Source: Acidobacteriota bacterium
GTDB lineage: Bacteria; Acidobacteriota; Thermoanaerobaculia; UBA5066; Gp7-AA6
Direction of reading: 5' to 3'
Assembly (NCBI GenBank): GCA_050257975.1
Contig: JBLMXY010000058.1
Location: 10,274 to 74,273, forward strand
DNA: 64,000 nt
The stretch's first letter is position 1. Every line of letters begins with the position of its first letter. Both the position numbers and the translations under genes were made by a program. Below are positions 8,657 through 18,301 of the stretch, in pieces. The notes under the pieces are model-generated. The model was not told where the DNA came from. It worked only from the letters and a program-made list of their open reading frames with translations, and searched no databases.

Positions 8657-10687
8657 TCACGATCCCGGCGGCGCCTTTTCGCCGCGCAGCATCTTCAAGG
8701 ACTGGACCACGCCGGGCTGATCGGGCCGGATCGAGAGGGAGCGCTCGAAGAGCGCGATCGCCTCCCGCGTCCGGCCGAGGCACGTGTGGAAGAGGCCGAG
8801 AGCGTTGAAGGTGTCCGGGTCGTTCGTCGTCGTCGAGAAGGCGGCCAGAGCCGCCTCGGCTCCGGCGCAATCCTTCCCTCGGAACCGCGCGAGCGCGAGG
8901 TCGCGGGCGAGGCGCTCGCTCTTCGGATACTGTCGCGCGCCCCGCTCGAGCAACTGCCGTTCGGCGCCGGCATGGCCGTCCACGCGGTAGAGGCCGGCCC
9001 AACTGGCGACGGTCCCCTCCGGGTCCGCGTGACCCGCCGCGAGCGCGCGGAAGAGCCAGTCCTCCGCCTTCCCGAACTGATTCTGGTCGCGATAGAGCAC
9101 CGCGAGATTGAACATCGGCGAATGATAGTCGGGCCGCAGGGCGAGCGACTTCTCGAAGGCCTCCCGGGCTCGCGCGAGGTCCTTTCGCGTCTCCCGCTCG
9201 AAGAGCCCGAGGTTATTCCACGCCCCTTCCGTCATGCCGGGAACGTCTCCCCCGGTGGGCTCGAGCGGCCGCGCCTCGCTGCCCGAGAGGTACCCCAGGG
9301 CGAGCAGCTTCTTGGCGTACTCGCTCGCCTGTTCCGCCGTCATGGGCTGCGAGGCGACGCGCCGCACCGCCACGCTGCCGAAGAGATCCTTGCGGCCGGC
9401 GGCCGGAAGCCGCCCGAAAGCCGAGGCGACGGGCCGGCCCGCCATCCGGGTGTCCGCCGGCAGATCCAGCAGGGCGAGGACCGTCGGCGCGATGTCGAAG
9501 ATGCTCGCGCGGCCCCGCTCCGCCGCGCGGCGCACGCCTCTTCCCCAGAAGGCGTAGACGCCTTCCGGGCGATGCCAGAACGCGGCCGTCGACCAGTTCA
9601 GAGAGGAGCGCTCGCACGGACGGTCGGTTCCCCACTTGAACCCGTGATCGGAGTGCACGACGAGCGTGGCCCCGTCCTCCTCCGCGCGGCGCATCCACTG
9701 ACCCAGCATCCGGTCGATCACGCCGTAGTAGGCATCCACGGCGCGGGAGAAGCGGCGGGAGTCTTCCTCGGAGACGCAGGACAGGCGGGGCGGGACGAAG
9801 GAGGCGAACACATGGCCGATTTCGTCGGTGCCCTCCAGGTAGAGCGCCATCAGATCCGGGTGGTTCCGGTCGTAGAGGTCGCGCCCGATTCGCTGGTAGA
9901 CGCGCGTCGCTGCGAGGATGCGCGCCAGAGCGACGACGGGGTTCTCCATTCCGGCTCCGGAGGAGAGCGCACGGGAGATCTCCGCCTCGGGCATGTCGAG
10001 AAACGCCGAGAGGTCGCCTGCGCCGACCTGCCCGTCGCGCGCCACGACCTGCGCGACACCCGGCTCGAGGCTGGCGGGATACGCGACGCCGGAAAGGGGC
10101 AGCCTCTCGAAGAGGATCGGGCTCGCATGGTCGGACACGAAGAAGCCATCCACCTCCTCGGCCGGATGCGTGGCCCACCAGCCCACGACCCCGACGCGGC
10201 GGCCCGCCGCCGACGCCAGGTTCCAGACCGCCGGGACGGCGCGCGAGCGCCCGGAGATCGGGACTTTCTGTCCCGTCTTCGGGTCGACCTCCTGGAAGTC
10301 GAGAACGCGGTGGATGTCGGGTCCGACGCCGGTCGCCGCCGACGCCCAGAGCACCGGCGAGAGGATCGGAACGAAGCTCGCGAGATTGCCGGACGACCCC
10401 TCGGACACGAGGCGCTTCCAGTTGGGCATCTTTCCCTCGGCCGAGAGCCGGTCGAGCAGCTCCCAGTCGAGCCCGTCGAGGCCGATCCAAATGACGGGAG
10501 CCCTTCCTCCGGAGGGCCGCGGCGTCCTCGCCACGTCGGCCGCATCGACCGAGGGGGCCGACGCCACGGCTGGAGCCTGCGCGGCCGGCGACGGGGCCTC
10601 CGGCTTGCGGCAGGAAGGAATCCCCGCTGCGAGCGCCGCGAGAGCCAGCGTGACGAGAGTTCCGCGCGCCCGGGACCGCCGGATCAC
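8657..10687 (-). CDS. alkaline-phosphatase-superfamily (type I phosphodiesterase/nucleotide pyrophosphatase-like) protein with C-terminal TPR repeats, probably lipoprotein
   Basis: ORF 8657..11065 trimmed to GTG 10687 ([26 protein letters not shown], lipobox-like). Motifs PVIWIGLDGLDWELLD and LVVHSDHGF. The C-terminal ~230 aa are TPR-like. The upstream part of the track ORF overlaps the preceding gene and is Arg/Ser-rich. Confidence 0.7.
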   Translation of the reverse strand: MIRRSRARGTLVTLALAALAAGIPSCRKPEAPSPAAQAPAVASAPSVDAADVARTPRPSGGRAPVIWIGLDGLDWELLDRLSAEGKMPNWKRLVSEGSSGNLASFVPILSPVLWASAATGVGPDIHRVLDFQEVDPKTGQKVPISGRSRAVPAVWNLASAAGRRVGVVGWWATHPAEEVDGFFVSDHASPILFERLPLSGVAYPASLEPGVAQVVARDGQVGAGDLSAFLDMPEAEISRALSSGAGMENPVVALARILAATRVYQRIGRDLYDRNHPDLMALYLEGTDEIGHVFASFVPPRLSCVSEEDSRRFSRAVDAYYGVIDRMLGQWMRRAEEDGATLVVHSDHGFKWGTDRPCERSSLNWSTAAFWHRPEGVYAFWGRGVRRAAERGRASIFDIAPTVLALLDLPADTRMAGRPVASAFGRLPAAGRKDLFGSVAVRRVASQPMTAEQASEYAKKLLALGYLSGSEARPLEPTGGDVPGMTEGAWNNLGLFERETRKDLARAREAFEKSLALRPDYHSPMFNLAVLYRDQNQFGKAEDWLFRALAAGHADPEGTVASWAGLYRVDGHAGAERQLLERGARQYPKSERLARDLALARFRGKDCAGAEAALAAFSTTTNDPDTFNALGLFHTCLGRTREAIALFERSLSIRPDQPGVVQSLKMLRGEKAPPGS

Positions 10688-10697
10688 TGACCGTCTC

Positions 10698-11780
10698 TCA
10701 ATGGCCCGCAGCGGGCGAGCCGGATCTCTCGAAGAGGTAGCTCTCGAGGAGCCCCGACTCGCCCGACACCAGCGTCCCTTCGTGCACGAAGGTCGGGGTC
10801 GTGGAGATCCCGAGGCGCATCGCGAGGTGAATGTCCGCCAGGACCCGGCCGCGCGCCCGCCCGCTCTGGATCTCATCCCGATAACGCGCCGCGACGCCGG
10901 ACGACTCGGCCACGTCGGCGGCGAGATCCCGGCACCCGGTCTCCGTGAGGCTTCCCGCGCGAGCGAAGACCAGGTCGCGATACTTCGCGTAGAGGCCGGC
11001 GTCGAGCGCCCCGAGCGCCGACGCCGACTCCGCCGCCGCGAACGCCCAGGGATGGTTCTTGACAAGGGGCAGGAAGCGCGCCTCGACGAAGCCGCCGCGC
11101 CGCGCGACGGCCGCCTCGACTTCGGGCGCCCGGGCCCGGCAGCGCTCGCACTGGAAGTCGAGAAACTCCGTCACCGCGAAGCCGCCCGATCCCAGGCGCA
11201 CGCCGGGCCGCTCGGAGAGAAGCCGCTGGCGGAAATCTCGGGGCCCCTCGGAAAGCGGATGAAACTCCCCGATCGCGAGGACGGAGCCGTCGCGGGACAC
11301 GAACCCCTCGCATTCGAGCACCGCGTCGGCGCGCTCGCGAATCGCGATCCGCAGGCTCTCGAGCGTCCCGCGCGACGAGCCCGTCATCGTCACGCGGACC
11401 GGCAAGCCGAAGGCCTCCGCGAGCGAGGCCTGGATGTTCGGCAGATCCGCCCGCGCGTCGAAAGGTCGCCGGGCGGCGCGGCGGGCCGGGTCTCCGAAGA
11501 CGTCGCCGACGAGGATCTCCCTGCGGACGGGATCGACCAGGACGGCGTTGGATTCCTGATGGAAGCGGGAGCCGGAGCGGCGCTCGACGCGGTACGCCTC
11601 GAAGCCGGGCTGGGCGATCTCGGGCATCTCCGAGACGGAGACGGCGCCGCCTTGAACGTAGGAGTACCACTCCTCGAAGTAGCGTCCCACCCTTTCGCGC
11701 AGGTCCGATCCGGCGCCGGCCGAGGCGCCCGCCACGGCAAGCATCAAGAGAATCAGCAGGATACGCGGCGCCCGACGCAC
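10698..11780 (-). CDS. secreted DsbA-family thioredoxin-fold protein (CxxC = CERC), paralogous in architecture to 7456..8604
   Basis: Signal peptide MRRAPRILLILLMLAVAGASAGAG. EFLDFQCERCRA. C-terminal GISTTPTFVHEG. Confidence 0.7.
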   Translation of the reverse strand: MRRAPRILLILLMLAVAGASAGAGSDLRERVGRYFEEWYSYVQGGAVSVSEMPEIAQPGFEAYRVERRSGSRFHQESNAVLVDPVRREILVGDVFGDPARRAARRPFDARADLPNIQASLAEAFGLPVRVTMTGSSRGTLESLRIAIRERADAVLECEGFVSRDGSVLAIGEFHPLSEGPRDFRQRLLSERPGVRLGSGGFAVTEFLDFQCERCRARAPEVEAAVARRGGFVEARFLPLVKNHPWAFAAAESASALGALDAGLYAKYRDLVFARAGSLTETGCRDLAADVAESSGVAARYRDEIQSGRARGRVLADIHLAMRLGISTTPTFVHEGTLVSGESGLLESYLFERSGSPAAGH

Positions 11781-11873
11781 GGCGCCAACGTTAACACGGC
11801 GTCATCCGGCGCGATTCCGCCCGGGTGCGGCCGGCCTGCGCCGCTTCGCCCCGACGGCGGTGGCGTCAGCGGG

Positions 11874-12947
11874 CTAGGCTCTCTTCGCGAGCGCCTTGGC
11901 GCGCTCGAGCGCGGAGAGAACGTCGCTCTCCCGCTGCAACACGTTCTTGCCGTATCCCTGCTTGGTGACGAACTCGAAGTCGAGCTCCTGGTTCGGAATC
12001 TCCTTGGGCAGGTTCGCGCGCAGGTAGTGCCACGCCTCGATCCAATTGGAGGACGCATCCAGGATCGAGGTTCCCGGTCCGCTCACCTGGTTCTGGCGCG
12101 CGGCGCGGTCGGTGTTCGAGCCGCCCATCTGCTCCGAGGCGCGGATCTCGGACGGCGAGTACCGAGAGAGGCCGCTGGCGTCGGCCGCATCCTCGCCGGT
12201 CTTCAAGGGACGCCGGCCGCTGTAGGTGGGCGGACCCATCAAGACGAAGACCATCCCGCGGTCGGTGAGGCTCCCCCGAACCTCGTCCTGCGCCAAACGC
12301 GCGTCGGCGAAAGCGACGCGCTTGTCGAACTCCTCTCGGAACTCGTTTTCGGGAGTGTCGGGCCGGGGGTCGCGCGCCCGCCAGAAGTTCGCGATGAGCT
12401 CGGAGCGCGAGACGGGGTTGACAGCATCCAGGTACGCCCGCCTCTCGTCGGGCGTCAGGAGCCAGCGCACGGGGCCGTCCGCCCAGTCATCGCGCGAGCT
12501 TTCGTCGGCGTGCCCCGCCGGCGGGACGAAAGCGCGGTAGGCCGTCGCGAGCGCGCCGGTCTCCTCGGGCCGATTCACGCCGGGACGATTGGCGAGACTC
12601 TTGCGCGCGGCTTCGAGCGCGGCGATCACGGACTTGGGATAGAGCGCCGGATCGATCTGAATGCCCGGCTGCAGAGTCAGGAAGGTCTCGAACTGCTCCT
12701 GCGCCTCCCCCGCTTTTCCCATCGCGGCGAGGCAAGCGCCCCGGTAGAAGAGCAGGCCGGGCAGAAGGGCCGCGCGCTGATTCTCGATGCCGGGTTTCGC
12801 GCTTTCCGCGTCGAGCTCTGCGAGCGTCGCGAGCGCGTCCCCGTAGGCGGCCAGCTTGAATTGCGACTTCGCCTTCTGGAAGAGCTCGGGAAGTGTCGCC
12901 GCCGCGAGGAACACGGACAGGAGGAGAGGCAGGAGCGAGGACACCAT
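11874..12947 (-). CDS. GWxTD-domain-like secreted protein with N-terminal TPR-like region
   Basis: ORF 11874..12992. I prefer ATG 12947 (MVSSLLPLLLSVFLAAA signal) because a terminator hairpin occupies 12985-13015. Contains RGSLTDRGMVFVLMGPP, resembling the GWxTD signature (family recalled from memory). Confidence 0.6.
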   Translation of the reverse strand: MVSSLLPLLLSVFLAAATLPELFQKAKSQFKLAAYGDALATLAELDAESAKPGIENQRAALLPGLLFYRGACLAAMGKAGEAQEQFETFLTLQPGIQIDPALYPKSVIAALEAARKSLANRPGVNRPEETGALATAYRAFVPPAGHADESSRDDWADGPVRWLLTPDERRAYLDAVNPVSRSELIANFWRARDPRPDTPENEFREEFDKRVAFADARLAQDEVRGSLTDRGMVFVLMGPPTYSGRRPLKTGEDAADASGLSRYSPSEIRASEQMGGSNTDRAARQNQVSGPGTSILDASSNWIEAWHYLRANLPKEIPNQELDFEFVTKQGYGKNVLQRESDVLSALERAKALAKRA

Positions 12948-12984
12948 GGCGACCTCCGCCGTCAATCTACGGCCGGATCCTCCG

Positions 12985-13015
12985 GAAAACAACAGGGGGG
13001 GCCACCCGCCCCCCC
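12985..13015 (-). terminator. rho-independent terminator after the TonB-dependent receptor gene
   Basis: Minus strand reads GGGGGGG-CGGGTGG-CCCCCCC followed by TGTTGTTTTCC, 29 nt after the stop at 13044. Confidence 0.7.
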
Positions 13016-13043
13016 TCTCGGAACCGATCCAACGAGTCCCCCG

Positions 13044-16000
13044 TTAGAAGGAGACTTTGAGCGCGAAGCGGAAGAGCCGGGGATCCTGGCGCGACGTGGC
13101 CAGGCCGTAGTTGGCGTTGTTCTTCTCGTTGCAGTGATTGCCGATCGGGTCGGCGTTCTGCGCCGCCGTGCAGGGAGCGAGAAACAGATTGTTGTACTGA
13201 TCCGGTGTCTTCGGGTAGTTGGCGCCCTGCGAGATCTGCCAGTTGTTGTCCACGTTCGTGATGATCTGGCGGTTGAGCAGATTGAACGCATAGGCCTGAA
13301 GCGACACGGTCGCCGGGCCGATCTGGATCGGGTACGAGAGTGAGAGATTCATCTCGTACTGCGTCGGCAGGCGTCCGGCCGAGCCGTTGGGCACGAGGCT
13401 CGTCTGCGCGATGTAGAACTGGTTGAAGTAACCGTACACCGACTGCGGCGGGCCGGACTGGACGTAGCCCTGGAACCCGATCGCGAGCTTGATCGGCGTG
13501 ATGTAGGTCGTGTCGAGGCGGAAGTTGACCGGCCGGTCGAGGTAGAGCTTGCCGTACCGGTTGCGCAGGAACGAGTTGTAGTCGAAGTCGGCCGTGATGC
13601 CAGGGTCGGTCTGCACATAGTCCTGCTTCACGCCGCCGTCGTAGTTGCCGCGCAGCGACGAGTACACGAAGGAGGCCTGGGCCCAGAACTTGTCTCCGAT
13701 GGTCTTACGCGCCACGAGCTCGATGCCCCTGTACAGGCGGCGGGCCCGCGTGATCGTGCCCTGGGGCAGCAACGCGTTGATCGGCTTGATGCCGCACTCG
13801 TAGGCGTTGCCGTCGAGTCCGTTGCACCCCGTGAAGTCGCCGGTCGCGAACTGGCCCGTGCCGCCCGGATTGGTGATCACGCAGGTGTTGCCGTTGTTCT
13901 CGGGCGCGGACGAGTCGGCGTCGCAACGATCCTCGACGGCGCGGCCGAACCGGCGGTACTCGCCCTTGATGCCGATCGAGAAGGTCGGGTCGAGCAGCGC
14001 CTCGAAACCGACGTTGAACTCGTCCTGATAGATGCCCTTCATGCCCGCGTCGTGCGGCTCGGCGAAGATGCCGCCCTGCGTGTGCGCGGTCTCGTGGCCG
14101 ATGACGTTCGGATCCTGTGCGACGTCCGCGGCGGTCGTGCCGGGGTTGAAGTTGTAGGTGGCCACGAAGAGCTGCTGGCCGTAGGAACGGACGTTCAGGT
14201 CCGTCGGCAGCGCGTAGTAGAACTTGCCGCCAAAGGCGTAGATCTTCATCGATCCGTTGTTCTTCGGGTCCCAGACGATGCCGACGCGCGGCTGCCACTC
14301 GTTTTTCAAGTCGATGACGGACTCGCCGGCGAAATTCTTGAGGTTCTCGTTGTCCCAGCGCAGTCCCGCGTTGATCGTCAGGCCCGGCAGCACCTTCCAG
14401 GAATCCTGAAGAAAGGCGCTGTAATTGATCGTGTTCGGGTTGACGACGTTGTCCACGGGCGTGAAGTCGTCGGGGCCGGCGGCCCAGAAATTGTGTGCGT
14501 AGTACGTCTGTCCGTATTCGTTGTATTGCTGGACGTACTGCTTGCCGCTGATGTTGGTGATGGCGGTCGTCTTGCCGTTCTGCCAGTCGCCCCCGATCTT
14601 CATCTCGTGGTTACCGGCATACAGTGACATATCGCCGCGTGCCTGCCAGCGCGACGAATGGTTGTTGCGGATGTACCCCGAGATCGAGCCGAAGCCGCCG
14701 GACGCGGAGTTGGGCTCGACCGGCTGATCGCAGGGATCCGTCGGCGTCCCTCCCGCGCAAGTCCAATCCTCGAAACGCACGCCGGCGCCGGCACCGGCCG
14801 GGATGGTCTCGTACTTGTCGTAGTGGCGCGAGCCCTGGAGCGAGAGCAGGCCCGTCGAGCCGAAGAGCTGGTTGAGACGCACGCCGTAGTCCGTGCCGCC
14901 GATCTTGAGGTCGGAGCCCCACGTGCTCTCATCCGGGCTCACGATCGGCACCGGATAGTAGCTGTGCGTCGGATCCGAGGCCGCGGCGCCCGTGACCTTC
15001 GACGGATCCGCAAAGACCGTGCCGACGAGCGTGGTGCCGGTCGCGAGGTTCCAGGTCAGCTTGCCGGAGTAGAGGTTGTCGGTCGAGTCCGCCGGAAACT
15101 TGTCGTTGGCGGAGACGAGCGCGCTGTCGTTGTAGCGCGAGATGTCCGTCGGCTTGGAAACGTGGTCATAGGCGAAGAAGAACCACAGCCGGTCCTTGAC
15201 GATGCGGCCGCCGAAATCGGCGCCGAAGTCCGTCCGGTTGTAGCCGTTGATCCGCATGCCCTGAAAGTAGTCTTGGGACGTGATCTTCTGGTCCGCGCGG
15301 AGGCCGAACGAGTCGTAGTAGACGAAGCCGTCGCCGTGGAACTCGTTGCCCCCCGACTTCGTGATGACGTTGATGACACCGCCGAGCGCCCGGCCGTATT
15401 CGGCCTGGTAGCCGCCGGTCTTGATCTCGACTTCCTGGATGAACTCGCCGTTGATGGCCTTTCCCTGGAAGCCGCGGATGACGTTGGTCGTGTTGACGCC
15501 GTCGATGATGAACTGGTTCTCGACGGAGGTCGAGCCGTAAACGGTGAGCGAGAGAGCCCTTCCCTGCGTATCCCCCTGGTCCTGATTGACCCCGGGGTTG
15601 GAGCGGATGATCTCGGCGTAGTTTCTCCCGAGCGGAAGCTTCTCGATGACCTTCGCGCTGTAGTTCGTCCCGCCGGTCGTGGAGGTCGTGTCCACCATCG
15701 GCGCCTCACCCGTGACGACCACGGCCTCCTTGGCCGTCATCGAGAGCTGCAGGTTCACCGTCGCCGTGGCGTCCAGCGCGACGGTGGTGTTCTTCTCGAC
15801 GCTGCCCAACCCCGCCAGAGACGCGGTGACCTTGTACGTCCCGGGCGGAAGGCTGACGAATCGATATCGGCCGTCGCTTCCCGTCACCGCGGTTCGAGTG
15901 CCTTGCAGGTTCGGGCTCGAAGCCTCAACCGTGACACCGGGAAGCGGCGCTCCGTTCTGATCCAGTACGGTGCCCTCGATCCTCCCGGTCGTCTGGGCGG

Positions 16001-16070
16001 AAAGCGAAGGGACGACCAGGAGCAGAAGCAGGGACGCCGCGACCAACTGGAGATACCGGGCGGTCTTCAT
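13044..16070 (-). CDS. TonB-dependent outer-membrane receptor with N-terminal carboxypeptidase-regulatory-like domain
   Basis: ORF 13044..16109 trimmed to MKTARYLQLVAASLLLLLVVPSLSAQ. CarboxypepD_reg-like GRIEGTVLDQNGAPLPGVTVEASS...GRYRFVSLPPGTYKV. Plug and barrel sequence. Terminal aromatic residue (...RFALKVSF). Confidence 0.85.
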   Translation of the reverse strand: MKTARYLQLVAASLLLLLVVPSLSAQTTGRIEGTVLDQNGAPLPGVTVEASSPNLQGTRTAVTGSDGRYRFVSLPPGTYKVTASLAGLGSVEKNTTVALDATATVNLQLSMTAKEAVVVTGEAPMVDTTSTTGGTNYSAKVIEKLPLGRNYAEIIRSNPGVNQDQGDTQGRALSLTVYGSTSVENQFIIDGVNTTNVIRGFQGKAINGEFIQEVEIKTGGYQAEYGRALGGVINVITKSGGNEFHGDGFVYYDSFGLRADQKITSQDYFQGMRINGYNRTDFGADFGGRIVKDRLWFFFAYDHVSKPTDISRYNDSALVSANDKFPADSTDNLYSGKLTWNLATGTTLVGTVFADPSKVTGAAASDPTHSYYPVPIVSPDESTWGSDLKIGGTDYGVRLNQLFGSTGLLSLQGSRHYDKYETIPAGAGAGVRFEDWTCAGGTPTDPCDQPVEPNSASGGFGSISGYIRNNHSSRWQARGDMSLYAGNHEMKIGGDWQNGKTTAITNISGKQYVQQYNEYGQTYYAHNFWAAGPDDFTPVDNVVNPNTINYSAFLQDSWKVLPGLTINAGLRWDNENLKNFAGESVIDLKNEWQPRVGIVWDPKNNGSMKIYAFGGKFYYALPTDLNVRSYGQQLFVATYNFNPGTTAADVAQDPNVIGHETAHTQGGIFAEPHDAGMKGIYQDEFNVGFEALLDPTFSIGIKGEYRRFGRAVEDRCDADSSAPENNGNTCVITNPGGTGQFATGDFTGCNGLDGNAYECGIKPINALLPQGTITRARRLYRGIELVARKTIGDKFWAQASFVYSSLRGNYDGGVKQDYVQTDPGITADFDYNSFLRNRYGKLYLDRPVNFRLDTTYITPIKLAIGFQGYVQSGPPQSVYGYFNQFYIAQTSLVPNGSAGRLPTQYEMNLSLSYPIQIGPATVSLQAYAFNLLNRQIITNVDNNWQISQGANYPKTPDQYNNLFLAPCTAAQNADPIGNHCNEKNNANYGLATSRQDPRLFRFALKVSF

Positions 16071-16280
16071 ACCCACCTCCTCAAGTAATCTCAGAGAGCC
16101 GTCCCCCATGAGAAAACAGCCCCCCTCGAATCAGAAAAGACTCCTGCTCCTCCCAGCAGAGCAATGCCACTGCCAGAAATTGGCTAACTCTCGAACGGCG
16201 TAAGTTATTAACTGGTAACGAGAATTCTATGGAAGTGAGAGGACCACCCGGTCAGAAGCTAGATTATTTTGAAGTTCAGT

Positions 16281-16811
16281 TCATGAATTTGGAGAAAAAT
16301 GAATAACGAGCATCAGCGCTCGTCCTTCGACTGTTTCCCCGGCGGAAACGACGCAACGGGCAACCACGCCGCCCGAAGTGGCCCGGATCTCGTTTTGCAT
16401 CTTCATGGCTTCCAGCACGATCAGGACCTGGCCTTCTTCCACCCGTTGCCCTTCCGCGACGCGGACTTCCAGCACCCGGCCCGGCATGAGGGCCCGGATC
16501 TCTTCCTCGCCCGACTCGGAGTCCGAGGCTCCCGCGTGTGACAGGCGGTCCGTCAGGGGATCGGCCAGCTGCACCCGGCGCGAGCCGTCCATGGTGACGA
16601 CCTCGACCTGGCCCGGCTCGCCCGAGACCACACGGCCGCACCACTGCCGGCCGTCCGGAAAGAGCAGAGACAGCCGCCCGTCCGGAAGCTCTGCCATGGA
16701 CACCCATTCGGTCTGTCCCGCTCGGGTCAGCCGCCAGGAGTCCCCGTCTCCTTCGATGTGGATTTCCTCCGGTTCGCCGTCGCCACGAAAGACGAACTCT
16801 CTTCGACGCAT
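16281..16811 (-). CDS. biotinyl/lipoyl-domain carrier protein (BCCP-like) of the acyl-CoA carboxylase
   Basis: ORF 16281..16997 trimmed to ATG 16811 (MRRREFVFRGDG...). C-terminal biotinylation motif VLIVLEAMKMQNEIRA. Confidence 0.75.
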   Translation of the reverse strand: MRRREFVFRGDGEPEEIHIEGDGDSWRLTRAGQTEWVSMAELPDGRLSLLFPDGRQWCGRVVSGEPGQVEVVTMDGSRRVQLADPLTDRLSHAGASDSESGEEEIRALMPGRVLEVRVAEGQRVEEGQVLIVLEAMKMQNEIRATSGGVVARCVVSAGETVEGRALMLVIHFSPNS

Positions 16812-16822
16812 ATTCCGCCTGC

Positions 16823-18301
16823 CTACCGCAACATCTCGCGCCGCGCAGTCTGGCGCCAGACCGAGGAGCGCGCCGTCGCGCTCGCGGGACCGGCACCCTC
16901 GCGCGCCGCGGCGAGCCCGACGGCGGCCAGCATCACGTCCTCGGGCCGGACCGTGTCGGGCGCCAGCAACCCGTCCCCGAGACGGCGATCGAGCCACTGG
17001 ACGTCGAAGAGGCCCCGTTGAAACTCCGCGTCGTCAACGAGGGCTCGAAAGAGCGGCAGAGTCGTCGCCACGCCCGAGATCTCGTATTCGGCAAGCGCCC
17101 GCGAGAGCCGCGCGATCGCCGCCGCACGGTCCACCCCGTGGACGATCAGCTTGCCGAGCATCGGATCATAGTCGATCGGAACGGTGCCTCCCGATTCCAC
17201 GCCCATGTCGTTGCGCACGCCCGGCCCTCCGGGAAGCCGCAGAGCGCGGATCGTGCCGGGCGAGGGAGCAAAGCCCCGAGCCGGATCTTCCGCATAGATG
17301 CGGCACTCGATCGCGTGCCCCCGGGGAGAGAGGTCTCGGAACCCGAGCGGCTCGCCCAGAGCGATCCGGATCATCTCCGCCGCCAGGTCGACGCCCCAGA
17401 CCTCCTCGGTGACGGGGTGCTCGACCTGGAGCCGCGTGTTGACTTCCAGAAAGTAGAAGGAGCCGTCCGGCGCGAGCAGGAACTCGATCGTTCCGCAGGA
17501 AACGTAGCCGACGGCCTCGGCCGCCCGCAGGGCCGCCGCGAGCAGCCTCTCGCGCAGGGCCGCGCCCACGGCCTGCGACGGGCATTCCTCGACGACCTTC
17601 TGGTGGCGGCGCTGCAGGCTGCACTCGCGCTCCCCGACCGCGAGCAGGTTTCCGCGCGCGTCCCCGATGACCTGCACCTCCACGTGCCGGGGCCCCTCGA
17701 TCAGTTTCTCGGCATAGACCGCGCCGTCGCCGAAGTACGCCTTCGCCTCCGCCGACACGCGCTCGAAGGCCTCCGCGACCTCCGTCTCGGCGTCCACGCG
17801 GCGCATTCCCTTGCCGCCGCCCCCGGCGGAAGCCTTCAGCAGTATGGGAAACCCGCTCCGGCGGCCGAACTCTTCGAGCTCCCGCGCGCTGCCCGCCGGA
17901 CGCAGCGTTCCCGGCACGACGGGAACGCCGGCCGCTTCCATGAGCCGCCGGCTCTCCGTCTTCGAGCCCATCGCCTCGATCGTCTCGGGAGTGGGTCCAA
18001 CGAAGAGGAACCCGGCCTCGACGCATGCCCGGGCGAAGTGGGCGTTCTCGGCGAGGAACCCGTAGCCCGGATGGATCAGCCGCGCGCCAGTCCGCCGGGC
18101 CGCTTCGAGCAGGGCCGGAACCCACAGGTAGCTGTCCCGGGCGGGCGCCGGGCCCAGGCGCACCGCTTCGTCGGCCATCGCGACGTGCGGCGCGGTCCGG
18201 TCGGCATCGGAGAACACGGCGACGGTCCGCAGCCCGAGCTCGCGGCAGGCGCGGAAGATGCGGACCGCGATTTCGCCGCGGTTGGCCACGAGCAGCTTCA
18301 C
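16823..18301 (-). CDS. accC: biotin carboxylase subunit of an acyl-CoA carboxylase
   Basis: C-terminal 492 aa of ORF 16823..19576, starting at GTG 18301 (VKLLVANRGEIAVRIFRACRELG...). ATP-grasp motifs GGGGKGMRRV and IEFLLAPDGSFYFLEVNTRLQVEHPVTE. GTGA overlap with the upstream gene stop. Confidence 0.9.
   Translation of the reverse strand: MKLLVANRGEIAVRIFRACRELGLRTVAVFSDADRTAPHVAMADEAVRLGPAPARDSYLWVPALLEAARRTGARLIHPGYGFLAENAHFARACVEAGFLFVGPTPETIEAMGSKTESRRLMEAAGVPVVPGTLRPAGSARELEEFGRRSGFPILLKASAGGGGKGMRRVDAETEVAEAFERVSAEAKAYFGDGAVYAEKLIEGPRHVEVQVIGDARGNLLAVGERECSLQRRHQKVVEECPSQAVGAALRERLLAAALRAAEAVGYVSCGTIEFLLAPDGSFYFLEVNTRLQVEHPVTEEVWGVDLAAEMIRIALGEPLGFRDLSPRGHAIECRIYAEDPARGFAPSPGTIRALRLPGGPGVRNDMGVESGGTVPIDYDPMLGKLIVHGVDRAAAIARLSRALAEYEISGVATTLPLFRALVDDAEFQRGLFDVQWLDRRLGDGLLAPDTVRPEDVMLAAVGLAAAREGAGPASATARSSVWRQTARREMLR

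Noticed and set aside
9918-13343. 1141-aa plus-strand ORF spanning four minus-strand genes
   Set aside because: It is antisense to well-supported genes (phosphodiesterase-TPR, DsbA-like, GWxTD, end of the receptor). It has an Arg/Gly-rich composition and no domain signatures.
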